A DNA stretch of 64,000 nt, from contig CAZSWP010000001.1 in NCBI GenBank assembly GCA_964610875.1, forward strand, positions 1 to 64,000, read 5' to 3'. Under the pieces are notes generated by a model that did no database searches, was not told where the DNA came from, and was given only the letters and a program-made list of their open reading frames with translations. This document shows, piece by piece, positions 50,079-59,825 of the stretch. The position numbers were made by a program, and so were the translations under genes. Positions within the stretch are counted from its first letter, which is position 1. Each line of letters opens with the position of its first letter. The DNA comes from an uncultured archaeon. Its GTDB lineage: Archaea > Asgardarchaeota > Thorarchaeia > Thorarchaeales > Thorarchaeaceae.

Positions 50079-50474
50079 TCATTTGACGCGTGTGATGACC
50101 TTCTTGCCCATGATATCCCATATCTCAACTTCTGCATTGAGTTCGATTTTTCTACCAATCTCGTCATCTGTGGGTTTGACAATCTCGTAACTCTCGTATG
50201 TTTCGGAATCCATAACACTCCAGCTCTCGCCCATATCCGCAATTATTGTTCCGCTTCGCTTGTCAATTAAAGGGACATCGACCATACGATCAGCTGGCAT
50301 AATCACATTACGTTTTCTTCCGTCAAAAAATCCTACAGCAGTGATGTTGGCTTTCGCAGAACCATGTTTGCCAGGTTTTGATTTTTCTATGCTTATCACC
50401 CTACATGGTTCATCATCGATGTTTAAGTAACTACCCGGTTTCAGGCTCTTTACAATAGTCTTCTTAATACTCAC
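50079..50474 (-). CDS. eif5a: translation factor aIF5A
   Basis: SKPGKHGSAK hypusine motif. Confidence 0.95.
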   Translation of the reverse strand: MSIKKTIVKSLKPGSYLNIDDEPCRVISIEKSKPGKHGSAKANITAVGFFDGRKRNVIMPADRMVDVPLIDKRSGTIIADMGESWSVMDSETYESYEIVKPTDDEIGRKIELNAEVEIWDIMGKKVITRVK

Positions 50475-50633
50475 TTGAATACACCAGCTCTGCTTCTTTC
50501 TTGCAGTGAATTAAGAATCACTCCTAAGGATTCCAATTATACTTTTCCTTATGAAGGGGTGCCAACTATTTCTACAATAATCGACAAGAGTAAAAGGGAA
50601 TTCGTATGTCCAGACGACGGACGTGACGGCCAT

Positions 50634-51506
50634 ATGATTGAGCACAACCCGAAAATTCTCTCGGAGAAGAGAGCGGTTGGCCTAATTTGTAAACCTGGCA
50701 GACCTGCGATGGAAAAGACCGCAAGTGTGCTGGTCGACATACTGACTGCTAGAAATATTGATGTTCAGGTCGATAAAGGGTCTTGTCTCATAACCCATAA
50801 GCGAACTAATCCAACTGAAATCTCTAAGATGGATGTTGACTTCGCTATCACCATAGGCGGTGATGGAACTATCCTCTACACTCTTTCACAATTGAAGAAC
50901 CGAGAGACCCCGCTCTTCTGCATCAATCGTGGCACTGTTGGTTTTATGACTGAAGCGAGCACAATGCAAGCTGTTTCAACCTTGAAGAAGATACTAGAGA
51001 ATAAATGTATCATAGAGAGTTGTGTGAATCTAACATCTGGTGTTCGGGACAGAGTATTTGAAGAGGCTCTAAATGAGGTATATGTTGTTTCCAGAATTCC
51101 AGGAAGGCTTCTGACGTTCGAAGTAAGGATCAACGGGAACAAGATAGATTATGGAAGAGCTGACGGTGCAATGTTATCTACTCCCTCAGGGTCAACTGCA
51201 TATGCACTAGCTGCAGGTGGCTCGATACTCTCCCCAGGTGTTCAAGGACTCATCTTTGTCCCAGTCTGTCCCCCTCGATTCGAATTGAAGTCACTTGTTA
51301 TTCCTGACTCGTCAAAACTTGAACTCGAACTAGTGAAGAAAGGTGCTCCTGGTTTGGCTGTTATTGATGGACAAGTACAATACGATGTAGAACCATTTGA
51401 AACCGTTTGGATAAAGAAGTCCAAACTTATGTCAAGATTCATCCGTCTTGAAGAAAATTACTACACTCGTCTCAATACTCGCTTGGTGCCTAGAGCCCCA
51501 GAATAG
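50634..51506 (+). CDS. nadK: NAD kinase
   Basis: GGDGT, GTVGF, LNE, STPSGSTAYALAAGG, IDGQ; start moved to ATG 50634. Confidence 0.92.
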   Translation: MIEHNPKILSEKRAVGLICKPGRPAMEKTASVLVDILTARNIDVQVDKGSCLITHKRTNPTEISKMDVDFAITIGGDGTILYTLSQLKNRETPLFCINRGTVGFMTEASTMQAVSTLKKILENKCIIESCVNLTSGVRDRVFEEALNEVYVVSRIPGRLLTFEVRINGNKIDYGRADGAMLSTPSGSTAYALAAGGSILSPGVQGLIFVPVCPPRFELKSLVIPDSSKLELELVKKGAPGLAVIDGQVQYDVEPFETVWIKKSKLMSRFIRLEENYYTRLNTRLVPRAPE

Positions 51507-52025
51507 GTGAAACAAATGACTGATGTGTACCTGCTTGATGCAGGAGCACTACTGACAAACTGGGTGGACAAACATCCAAAAGAACGATTTATGACAACTA
51601 AATCTGTGGTTGATGAGCTTAGGAATAGACCCAGTCGTCAGAGAATTGAATTTCTATTATCTACGAATCGAATTGAAATCGGCACACCAACACCCTCCTT
51701 TCTTGAGAAAGCAAGGGCATTAGCTAAGCGTAGTGGTGATGAGAAAGTTCTCTCGGATACAGATATAGAGCTCCTCGCACTGGCTTTGGAACAGAGCTCT
51801 GATAGTTCCATAACTTTGGTTTCAACAGATCTTGCGGTTCTTAATGTGGGGGCACATACAGGTCTTATTGTAATGGATCCTGCTGGGCGAATGCGTCATG
51901 TTATCATATGGGGAAACAAATGTCCAGCATGTGGTCATGTGGAGTCTGGAGAAGTCTTGAACAACGAGTGTCCGATTTGTGGCACACAAATGCGCAGAGT
52001 CCGTGTGAAGTCAAACAAGAGATAG
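51507..52025 (+). CDS. nob1: NOB1-like PIN endonuclease with Zn ribbon
   Basis: LLDAG, VVDEL, LSDTDIELLALA, STD, CPAC..CPIC. Confidence 0.82.
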   Translation: MKQMTDVYLLDAGALLTNWVDKHPKERFMTTKSVVDELRNRPSRQRIEFLLSTNRIEIGTPTPSFLEKARALAKRSGDEKVLSDTDIELLALALEQSSDSSITLVSTDLAVLNVGAHTGLIVMDPAGRMRHVIIWGNKCPACGHVESGEVLNNECPICGTQMRRVRVKSNKR

Positions 52026-52104
52026 TAAAACCCTTCGCAAGTGAGTATTACATAGGTCATACTCCAGATTATGTGAGCTCACATTCTACTCGTATGATAG
52101 GTGC

Positions 52105-52380
52105 TTGGTAATGCGACAAAAGAAACCCCTTACTATTGATAGAGATATTGAAGATGTGAAAGCACAGGTCAAAAAGGAACTTGATACTATTCGTAGTCTA
52201 ATGGACAGTTATTCATACAGAAATACCCCCCCAGGTTGGACAATGCCATTCCAGTTGCATCGACTTAGACGTGCATTGAGAATCCACTATTTGGCTCTAA
52301 AGATACGTGAAACAACACCCGTTCCTGATAGTGTTAGAGAGCTTGTTTGGGATTTAGATGGTGACCAAATCACATTCTGA
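52105..52380 (+). CDS. hypothetical protein
   Basis: 91-aa ORF filling the gap, no motif. Confidence 0.45.
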   Translation: MVMRQKKPLTIDRDIEDVKAQVKKELDTIRSLMDSYSYRNTPPGWTMPFQLHRLRRALRIHYLALKIRETTPVPDSVRELVWDLDGDQITF

Positions 52381-52800
52381 TCATTCACCAATCATTACAA
52401 TCTCCACATTCCTACTTCGAGGCCTGTTATCGAAATCAACAAATGTAACCTGTTGCCAAGTACCTAGTTTCAATTTTCCATCGATAATAGGGATTGTCAT
52501 GTCTGGACCAATGATAGATGCACGTATATGTGAGTGTCCATTTCCATCACCCCACCGCAGATGATGCTCATAGACTGCATCCTTAGGTGCAAACCTTTCC
52601 ATTGCTTCTGGGAAATCTTTTAGCAATCCTCCTTCATATTCTATCGTAATTAGAGAAGCAGTCGAACCAGGAACAAACGCTGTACAAATTCCAGTATTCA
52701 GACCACTCTTTTGCACAACTTCTTCCAGGTCCTTGGTGATGTCAATCATATCACAATCACCCCTCGTCTTGAATGATAGAGTTGTAGTATATGTCGCCAT
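52381..52800 (-). CDS. yjbQ: YjbQ/UPF0047 family protein
   Basis: DGNGHSHIRAS, LGTWQ, DFDNRPR. Confidence 0.9.
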   Translation of the reverse strand: MATYTTTLSFKTRGDCDMIDITKDLEEVVQKSGLNTGICTAFVPGSTASLITIEYEGGLLKDFPEAMERFAPKDAVYEHHLRWGDGNGHSHIRASIIGPDMTIPIIDGKLKLGTWQQVTFVDFDNRPRSRNVEIVMIGE

Positions 52801-52861
52801 TTTAACTAAACCAACATAAGTAAGAGTTCAAACCATCCTAATCTCTTTTTTGAAGAACGAC

Positions 52862-54649
52862 CTATTCTTTGAGAAAATCTATTATCTTTCTAAGACGGTT
52901 TCTTTTGTCTGGTAGTTCTTCTTCATGCTCTTGCAAACTGAGTATAGATGCAGTATAGTTTCCTTTGACGAGAGGCCTTAGAACTGACATTACAGCAGTG
53001 CTTGCAGTAGTTGGACTTATCTTCGCGATCTCCTCCATCTTTTTCAAGGTAGAATTCATAGCACGTTTTTTTGAATTTGGATGAAACACTAAGGCTTCAA
53101 AGATGGAAAACAAATCTTCAAAGGATTCTTGATACTCCTTTGCTTCTTCAAATCCATCAGCTGCTCTTCCTAGAAGGTCGATTCCTCTATCAAGCAAGTC
53201 CCTATCACTTGTCTTTAGTGCTTCAAGTCCTGCAGTTCTAAACCAGAGTGTTGCAAGTTCCGGAATTTCCATATTCATATAATCGTCAGCCGCGGCTTCT
53301 GCTTTCTTACTCGCAGTCCCGTAGAATGCCTCCATTCGCTTTTCATCACCAAGCTTTTCTGCACAAACTGCTGCTCTGCTATAAAATCGTGAAGCATCCT
53401 CTAGAGCTCCAGATTCTGATGCCGCTTCTGCTAGTTGCACATACACCTCTATTGCTCTCTCAAGATGCTCTGTTGCTTCCATGGAATGACCTGCTTCATA
53501 AAGTACATCCGCAGCTTCCTCAAGCGCAAGAGCATGTGCTTCTTTGTTATCTTTGTCCTTTTCCTTCTTTGCTTGTGAAAGGTAGTACGTGATCACTTCT
53601 TTGAATATATCATTTGATTCGGGAATCATTCCTGATTTCTTCAAACTGATCGCTTGATGTCTGAGGTAGGTCTTTTCGGATGTATTATCATTTTCTCGTT
53701 TGGCAATAGTCGCTAGTTCAGCAAAAAGATCTCCTGCATTTTTGTATGCCCATTTTGCTTTCATTGGGCGTCCTATTTCAGTGAACATTTCTCCTGCCTT
53801 AAAAAGCAAAGGTGCTATAACTTCTGGTCTTCCCTGCATTTTCAGATAGGCTTCAGCAGCTCTAAACATGGCCTGTTTTCTTGCATTGCTCAATCTCTGA
53901 AGTTTGTATGCTTCTTGTGCTGCGTCGTAGATATTACCTGCTTTTTCAAACAGCTCTACTGATTCATACAATTCCCCAGCATCCATCATAACACGAATAG
54001 ATTCAATAGTGTCCCCAACATCCTGCATTAATTGTGCTGCTTCTGCTAGTGCATTTCCCGCAGAAAGAAAATCTCCGGAAAGGCGACTCTCTTCTGCCCA
54101 TCTATTTGCAATTTTTATGGCTCTATTGAATATCCTACTGCCTAATTCCGAGTCTCCTGCTGAATAATACAAGCTCCCAACGCGCTTGAGAATGCCCACT
54201 GCATCTTCTAGTGATCCTTCTTCCTCCTTTATATCAGCTAGTATCTCTAAAGCATCTGCAGCTTTAATCATGAGTTCGTCTTTTTCTTCATCACTAGCAG
54301 CAAAATCTGTAGCACGCATGTAAAAGTCTGCGGCCATCCTATATTCTGTAGCATTCTCTGCGATTTTTCCTGAATCGATGTTCAATCTAACTATCTCAGG
54401 ATGCACTTCAAGATCGCTCATCCTTAGAAGCATCACAGTAGCACTCTCCATTAATCCAAAGCATTCATCGGCTCTGTAGAGGTCTTTAGCTAAAACACCT
54501 GCCTTTTCGTACAAGTTGGCTGCTTGTCTATATAGTCCTCTGGATGCAAAACTATCAGCTACCTCAGTAAGAAGAATTCTTGCTTGATTCTTCTCATCTG
54601 CCTTCAGAAGTTCTGCAATTTCATTCAGTTTTTCTTTGTCAGAGGACAA
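52862..54649 (-). CDS. all-helical TPR-like protein resembling alpha-SNAP repeats
   Basis: repeated AAxxYxKAG/AAEAY helical-hairpin motifs over about 590 aa. Confidence 0.6.
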   Translation of the reverse strand: MSSDKEKLNEIAELLKADEKNQARILLTEVADSFASRGLYRQAANLYEKAGVLAKDLYRADECFGLMESATVMLLRMSDLEVHPEIVRLNIDSGKIAENATEYRMAADFYMRATDFAASDEEKDELMIKAADALEILADIKEEEGSLEDAVGILKRVGSLYYSAGDSELGSRIFNRAIKIANRWAEESRLSGDFLSAGNALAEAAQLMQDVGDTIESIRVMMDAGELYESVELFEKAGNIYDAAQEAYKLQRLSNARKQAMFRAAEAYLKMQGRPEVIAPLLFKAGEMFTEIGRPMKAKWAYKNAGDLFAELATIAKRENDNTSEKTYLRHQAISLKKSGMIPESNDIFKEVITYYLSQAKKEKDKDNKEAHALALEEAADVLYEAGHSMEATEHLERAIEVYVQLAEAASESGALEDASRFYSRAAVCAEKLGDEKRMEAFYGTASKKAEAAADDYMNMEIPELATLWFRTAGLEALKTSDRDLLDRGIDLLGRAADGFEEAKEYQESFEDLFSIFEALVFHPNSKKRAMNSTLKKMEEIAKISPTTASTAVMSVLRPLVKGNYTASILSLQEHEEELPDKRNRLRKIIDFLKE

Positions 54650-54805
54650 TGTGGTTCACCTGCTGAACGGTATATTCTGACTTATACATCTTTCATCGAT
54701 GGCTTTTGATACATATTGATTTTGATTACGCAGTAACATGCCCATCAGAAGATTTCATATATTAGGGAAGAGATGATAGACATGTTATCTAGGTAAGGGA
54801 GACCT

Positions 54806-55912
54806 TTGAGCGATACAAAAAAGCTTGGCCTGGGTTTGATTGGTGTCGGGAATATTGGTAGGATACATCTCATTGCAATAGCTGCTCTGATTGAATCAAA
54901 CCTGATTGACATGCGACTTGAAGCTCTTTGTGATATTGATTCAGAACAATTACAGTCTTCATCAGAATTATTTGAAATTAAGAAGACCTACGAGGATTAC
55001 AAAGAGTTAGTTAAGGACCCTCATGTGGATATTGTCTATGTATGTACTCCCACGAATCTCCATATTGATATGGTGAGAGCCGCAGCAAAAGCGGGAAAAA
55101 ATGTATTCTGCGAAAAACCTCTGGCACATAGTAGTCCTCAGGCTAGTGATCTGGTTGCTACTATAAGAGCTGCAGGTGTTAAGGCAGGGATCGGTCTTGT
55201 CCTTAGATACAATCAATTTCTCTTGTACGCGAAAAGGATACTCGAAGAAAAGGACTTTGGAAAACCTATTGTAGCGCACATTCGGGACGACCAGCACTTT
55301 CCCGTCAATTATGAATATTATAGTTACTGGCGAGGTGAGAAATCTATTGCCGGTGGAGGCACTCTCATTGAACATAGTATTCATGATGTTGATGTTCTTA
55401 GGTGGTTCTTCGGGGACATCAAGAGCGTCTTCGCAAAAGTGAGATTTGTATCAGAACGCGAGGTAGAAGACCACGCCTCTCTAGTAATGACCCATGTCGA
55501 CGGTACTATCAGTACACTTGATTCGGTGTGGCATTCTGTTGACAGACCAAATGAACGGTATATGGAATTCTTTTTTGAAAATGGTTACATCGGTATAAGA
55601 TTAGAATCCGATAAATGTCACTTGGATTATCACCTAAACGATGAATGCCCTGTAAGGATATGGGAAGAAACTGCAAATGATGCCCTATTGAATGATTTGG
55701 GTTTGAACATGAACGGGCTATCTGAGAGTGCTATAGAAGCGATTACATCTCTTGGTACACATCGTTATGGGGCTTTGAATTATGCATTTCTTAAAGCAAT
55801 AGAAGGGAACGAGATTCCATCACCAAACTTTCTTGATGCAGTTGCTGCACACAAGATTGTTGATGCTGCTTACGAATCATCCAATAAAGGACGGTCCGTA
55901 GACCCATTGTGA
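54806..55912 (+). CDS. Gfo/Idh/MocA oxidoreductase
   Basis: GVGNIG, CTPTNLH, CEKPL, GGGTLIEHSIHDVD. Confidence 0.9.
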   Translation: MSDTKKLGLGLIGVGNIGRIHLIAIAALIESNLIDMRLEALCDIDSEQLQSSSELFEIKKTYEDYKELVKDPHVDIVYVCTPTNLHIDMVRAAAKAGKNVFCEKPLAHSSPQASDLVATIRAAGVKAGIGLVLRYNQFLLYAKRILEEKDFGKPIVAHIRDDQHFPVNYEYYSYWRGEKSIAGGGTLIEHSIHDVDVLRWFFGDIKSVFAKVRFVSEREVEDHASLVMTHVDGTISTLDSVWHSVDRPNERYMEFFFENGYIGIRLESDKCHLDYHLNDECPVRIWEETANDALLNDLGLNMNGLSESAIEAITSLGTHRYGALNYAFLKAIEGNEIPSPNFLDAVAAHKIVDAAYESSNKGRSVDPL

Positions 55913-55967
55913 TTCATAATAGGTCATGCTTAAGTACCCTCATAGAAAAAACCGGACCGAATGAACC

Positions 55968-57344
55968 ATGCAAGAAAAGATGATCGATCAAGTTCAACCT
56001 GATGATTATGACTGTATAATCACGGGTGCGGGAGCAGGAGGGCTGCTTACAGGTCTTGCAATGACTGCACAGGATAAGCGAGTCCTCATGATTGAGAAAT
56101 CAGACCGCCTCGGTGGCGTCTGGCATGGTTATTGGGTCGATGGCTATAGAGTAGATCAAGGTTTACACGTCATCACTAGAGTCAAACGTGGAGCTTTTGC
56201 GAAATTCTTGAGAAATCACATATCGCCTCCTCCTGAATTCATTCTTCATGAGGGATGGTATTTCCGAGTTCATGACAAAGTGGGTACAATTCCTGGGAGT
56301 ATAGGACAGACGCTTAGATGGCCTCTGACAGGACTTCGTGGAAGATTGGGCATGGCCAAGATTGGAGCCAAGATTAAGACTATGAAACTTGATGAGATGA
56401 AGAAATACAAAGACATCTCTTTTGAGGAATTCATGCATTCCAAAGGTGCTACGAATCAGGTCATGCTTGATGTCATGCAAAGCGCGATATACATGGCTGC
56501 AGGTGTTCCAATCGACCAAGCGTCAGCATACGAAGCTCTGTGTACCTTGAAAGACACAGATAAGGAATCATCAAAACTCCGTTCTGTAAAGAAACTGCTC
56601 TTTGGAATGGGTGAAGAATATGATGAAGGGTACATCATTGGAGGCATGCTATCTTTAGTTGAGAGAGTCGCTGAATCAATTAAGGGAGATTACGTTCTAA
56701 ACACTCCTGTTGATCGTTTTCTAGTCCATGACTCAATGATAAAGGGAATCCAGACATCAGGAAAAACACTGGAGCATGAACTGATAGTTAGCAACATTCC
56801 TCTTTGGGAAATGCCAAAGCTCACTCGGTCATTTCTGCCGGTTGGTAAAGATTTCTTCTCGAAATGGGGAGATATGCAAATAACAAAGGGTGTCACACTT
56901 TGGCTAGGTCTCGACAAAATAGTCTTAGGCGATAGAAAATCACGAGTCTTAGTTCATCCTAATCCCAACCGATGGATTATATCCCTGTCAAGTTTTGATC
57001 CCTCCTGTGCTCCTGAAGAAAAGGAACTGATTGCCATTGCGACGATGCGTGATGAAACAAAGACTGTAGAAGAGCAAGTTGCTATTATGAAATCAAATGG
57101 AATGGAGAAATACTATCCTGAGATATTGGAACACATTGAGATGGAGCATGTGCAGACATCATATGCTACACGAGCTGCTCTAATTCCCGGACAGACGGAC
57201 TTAGACCGTCCTGGTCCTCATACCCCCATCAAAGGACTCTATATTGTCGGTACTGATACTGCTGGTGCTGGAGTTGGTCTTCAGCAGGCAGCCAACTCAG
57301 CAGAGGGAGCAATCGCCGCCATCAAACATGACTACAACTGGTAA
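55968..57344 (+). CDS. FAD-dependent oxidoreductase, phytoene desaturase-like
   Basis: GAGAGGL..EKSDRLGG, DQGLH, TPIKGLYIVG. Confidence 0.8.
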   Translation: MQEKMIDQVQPDDYDCIITGAGAGGLLTGLAMTAQDKRVLMIEKSDRLGGVWHGYWVDGYRVDQGLHVITRVKRGAFAKFLRNHISPPPEFILHEGWYFRVHDKVGTIPGSIGQTLRWPLTGLRGRLGMAKIGAKIKTMKLDEMKKYKDISFEEFMHSKGATNQVMLDVMQSAIYMAAGVPIDQASAYEALCTLKDTDKESSKLRSVKKLLFGMGEEYDEGYIIGGMLSLVERVAESIKGDYVLNTPVDRFLVHDSMIKGIQTSGKTLEHELIVSNIPLWEMPKLTRSFLPVGKDFFSKWGDMQITKGVTLWLGLDKIVLGDRKSRVLVHPNPNRWIISLSSFDPSCAPEEKELIAIATMRDETKTVEEQVAIMKSNGMEKYYPEILEHIEMEHVQTSYATRAALIPGQTDLDRPGPHTPIKGLYIVGTDTAGAGVGLQQAANSAEGAIAAIKHDYNW

Positions 57345-57434
57345 GCGGGTTGTTTCCTTATGCGAAGCATTTTTACATAGGCAATGTTCGAGTTGTCTTG
57401 GCTTCCAACTAGATTTGGATAGGAGTCCACAAAG

Positions 57435-57992
57435 ATGCCGATGATTGAGATTAGATGGCATGGTCGAGGCGGCCAGGGTGGCGTGACCTCAGCCGAGCTA
57501 CTTGCAAAAGCTGCGTATCTTGATGGTTATAAAGGCGTACAAGCCTTTCCATATTTTGGAGCTGAACGTCGAGGTGCTCCTGTAAAAGCATTCACACGAA
57601 TTTCTGACAAAGAGATTAACGTAAGGAGTCAGATTTACACTCCGGATATTGTCGCTGTCCTCGATCCCGGAATTCTTGATTCAGCTGATATCAGCGAGGG
57701 ACTTGTTGAAGGCGGCAAAATAATCATAAATTCACAGAAACCATCTTCAGAGTATGATTATGGTGATGCCCATGTGTATACTTACGATGGCACTGGTATC
57801 GCATTGAAATACGGACTACTTGTTGCCGGTCTGCCTGTGGTCAATACAACTATGCTTGGTGCTTTTGCCAAGGCAACAGGACTTGTCAAACTCGAAACTG
57901 TACAAAAAGTCATCAAAGAGAAATGGCCTGGAAAGGTTGGAGAACGCAACGCTGAAGGTGCAAAAGAAGCATATGCGGACTGTAGCGATTGA
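57435..57992 (+). CDS. 2-oxoacid:ferredoxin oxidoreductase gamma subunit (pyruvate synthase PorC/PorG type)
   Basis: EIRWHGRGGQG, FGAERRGAPV, NTTMLGAF. Confidence 0.92.
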   Translation: MPMIEIRWHGRGGQGGVTSAELLAKAAYLDGYKGVQAFPYFGAERRGAPVKAFTRISDKEINVRSQIYTPDIVAVLDPGILDSADISEGLVEGGKIIINSQKPSSEYDYGDAHVYTYDGTGIALKYGLLVAGLPVVNTTMLGAFAKATGLVKLETVQKVIKEKWPGKVGERNAEGAKEAYADCSD

Positions 57993-58029
57993 AACACTCC
58001 AGCCCACAATTTTCTAAATGCTGAATTTC

Positions 58030-58812
58030 TTACCAGTCTAAATGCACATCACTGGATAACCATGCTCCTACTTGTGGCATTTGTGCTCTGAAGAAGATGA
58101 CAGCTAGCAAGAAACGCGCAAATGCTGCGATTAAGTTGAAATAGAATATTGACACAATCGAGATTAGGAAAACCAATCCGGTTATCTGAGTCAGTTCTTT
58201 ATATCCTGTGTAATCTCTGGCTTGATACACCGTGACCCCTATTACTAATCCATTAATTGCACCTATCAAACTCACTGCGAAAAGCAAGGAAATGTTTTCA
58301 GATGGTAATGAACCCGAGCTAAGAACAAGATTCATAATACCTGATGCAATCATGCTGGAAATTTGTGTAATTACCGCAAAGAGGGCAATAGTCAGTTCAT
58401 AATATCTATAGAGGCCAAATAGTCCAAAAACAGCCAGAATCCCTCCAACAGGACTTGTTGCTGAAGCGACAATATTAATCAATGCAATTAGAATCACAGA
58501 AACTCCAGACGAGGATAATTGAATTGCGATAAAACTGAACACCACAACGACCACGAGAATAAGGTTACCAATACCCCCCATTAGGAATAGGTTTCTGTTC
58601 CCGGTATCTATTGGAGTATCAATAGTTGCATAAGTTCTGCTAGTTGACTCATTTGTTGTTTCTTGCTTAGTTCCATCAACCCATGCAGAGTCAACACACA
58701 TTCTGCATGTGAGTCTTCCCTGAATAGTTTCAGCACACAAAGAACAAACTACTTTTCCACAATTAATACAAGTACCTATCGCGTCTCTATCTTCATGAAA
58801 ATAGCACTTCAT
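58030..58812 (-). CDS. B-box zinc finger + multi-pass membrane protein
   Basis: CYFHEDRDAIGTCINCGKVVCSLC..CRMC then about 5 TM helices. Confidence 0.7.
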   Translation of the reverse strand: MKCYFHEDRDAIGTCINCGKVVCSLCAETIQGRLTCRMCVDSAWVDGTKQETTNESTSRTYATIDTPIDTGNRNLFLMGGIGNLILVVVVVFSFIAIQLSSSGVSVILIALINIVASATSPVGGILAVFGLFGLYRYYELTIALFAVITQISSMIASGIMNLVLSSGSLPSENISLLFAVSLIGAINGLVIGVTVYQARDYTGYKELTQITGLVFLISIVSIFYFNLIAAFARFLLAVIFFRAQMPQVGAWLSSDVHLDW

Positions 58813-58910
58813 TTATTTCCGTCCAATATCTATGAGTATATGGAATGAAACTCCTCTCTAAATTCCACAAGATTTTCTCTACTTGAAGGGATAAAAGGAT
58901 TTAGTGCTGT

Positions 58911-59690
58911 CTACGCGTAGATACGCTCATATCCGCGTCCTGTACCTTTCTGACCGCCCTGTCGCATTCCTTCAACTTGTTTTGCCACGCCCTCCATCTT
59001 CTCTCTTATCTTATCGCCGCTCTCTTGAAGTTCGGTCACATCCACTCCAACTTCATACATTCTGTTCAAAGCATTAAGAAGTTGTACTGCTCCTTCTGGG
59101 TCAGGAATTATAGCTACAGCTGGTGTAAGTAATGCAAACCCAATCATTGAACGACAAAGGGTTTCAGACAAGATTGAGCCTGAAATTCCTGTGATGATAC
59201 CTTTTTCTAAAATCTCCATAGTCTCATGTTCTTCAAGGTCTGCAATCTTCTCTTCTTCAGCGGCATAGAGTACTTTCCTTTTTGATGGCAGTCCCTGTAC
59301 AGGAATGCCGTCCAGTATAACGGTTTCTTTAACTCCAACTGAAGCCGCCCAGTCCAGCAAAGCTGAGCTTACTTCATACAAACCATCCTCAGCAATTGGT
59401 AGTTCAGTTGTAACAACAAGTAAATTCTTGTTACTTGACCCATAGATTCTGAATGGGTGTCGCAATCGACCATCTAAGAACACAGCTGCCGATGGTAAAT
59501 GCTTTGACCGCATATGGGCGATTTCCTCCATATTGAATTGTTCTATAATGGTATTTGCTGCGATAGTACCAACAACTCCTGCTGATGGGAAACCACACAC
59601 TAGTAACGGCTTCTTCATGTCAATTTCTTTCGTTTGTCTGATCTGAGCATCTGGTGCTCCTAGTACTTTTGCCTTGCATTCGTCTGACAT
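58911..59690 (-). CDS. PAC2-family proteasome assembly chaperone (PbaB-like)
   Basis: GFPSAGVVGTIA, HPFRIY, PDPEGA, C-terminal HbYX (IYA). Confidence 0.88.
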   Translation of the reverse strand: MSDECKAKVLGAPDAQIRQTKEIDMKKPLLVCGFPSAGVVGTIAANTIIEQFNMEEIAHMRSKHLPSAAVFLDGRLRHPFRIYGSSNKNLLVVTTELPIAEDGLYEVSSALLDWAASVGVKETVILDGIPVQGLPSKRKVLYAAEEEKIADLEEHETMEILEKGIITGISGSILSETLCRSMIGFALLTPAVAIIPDPEGAVQLLNALNRMYEVGVDVTELQESGDKIREKMEGVAKQVEGMRQGGQKGTGRGYERIYA

Positions 59691-59825
59691 CTACATCATC
59701 TCTTACTATAAAGAAAGGACTAGTAGATATTAACTTTGACCAAATACTCTTTTTGAGGAGTAAATCAGATAATCCATACCATTCATAACCAGATAATGGT
59801 CTAAATTCTCTAAGGGACGATTAGA

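Noticed and set aside
49999-50242. Long N-terminal extensions of the Lrp, NikR, NAD kinase, TldD and GNAT ORFs
   Set aside because: Artefacts of first-start calling; they overlap neighbouring genes or promoters and family homology starts at downstream ATGs
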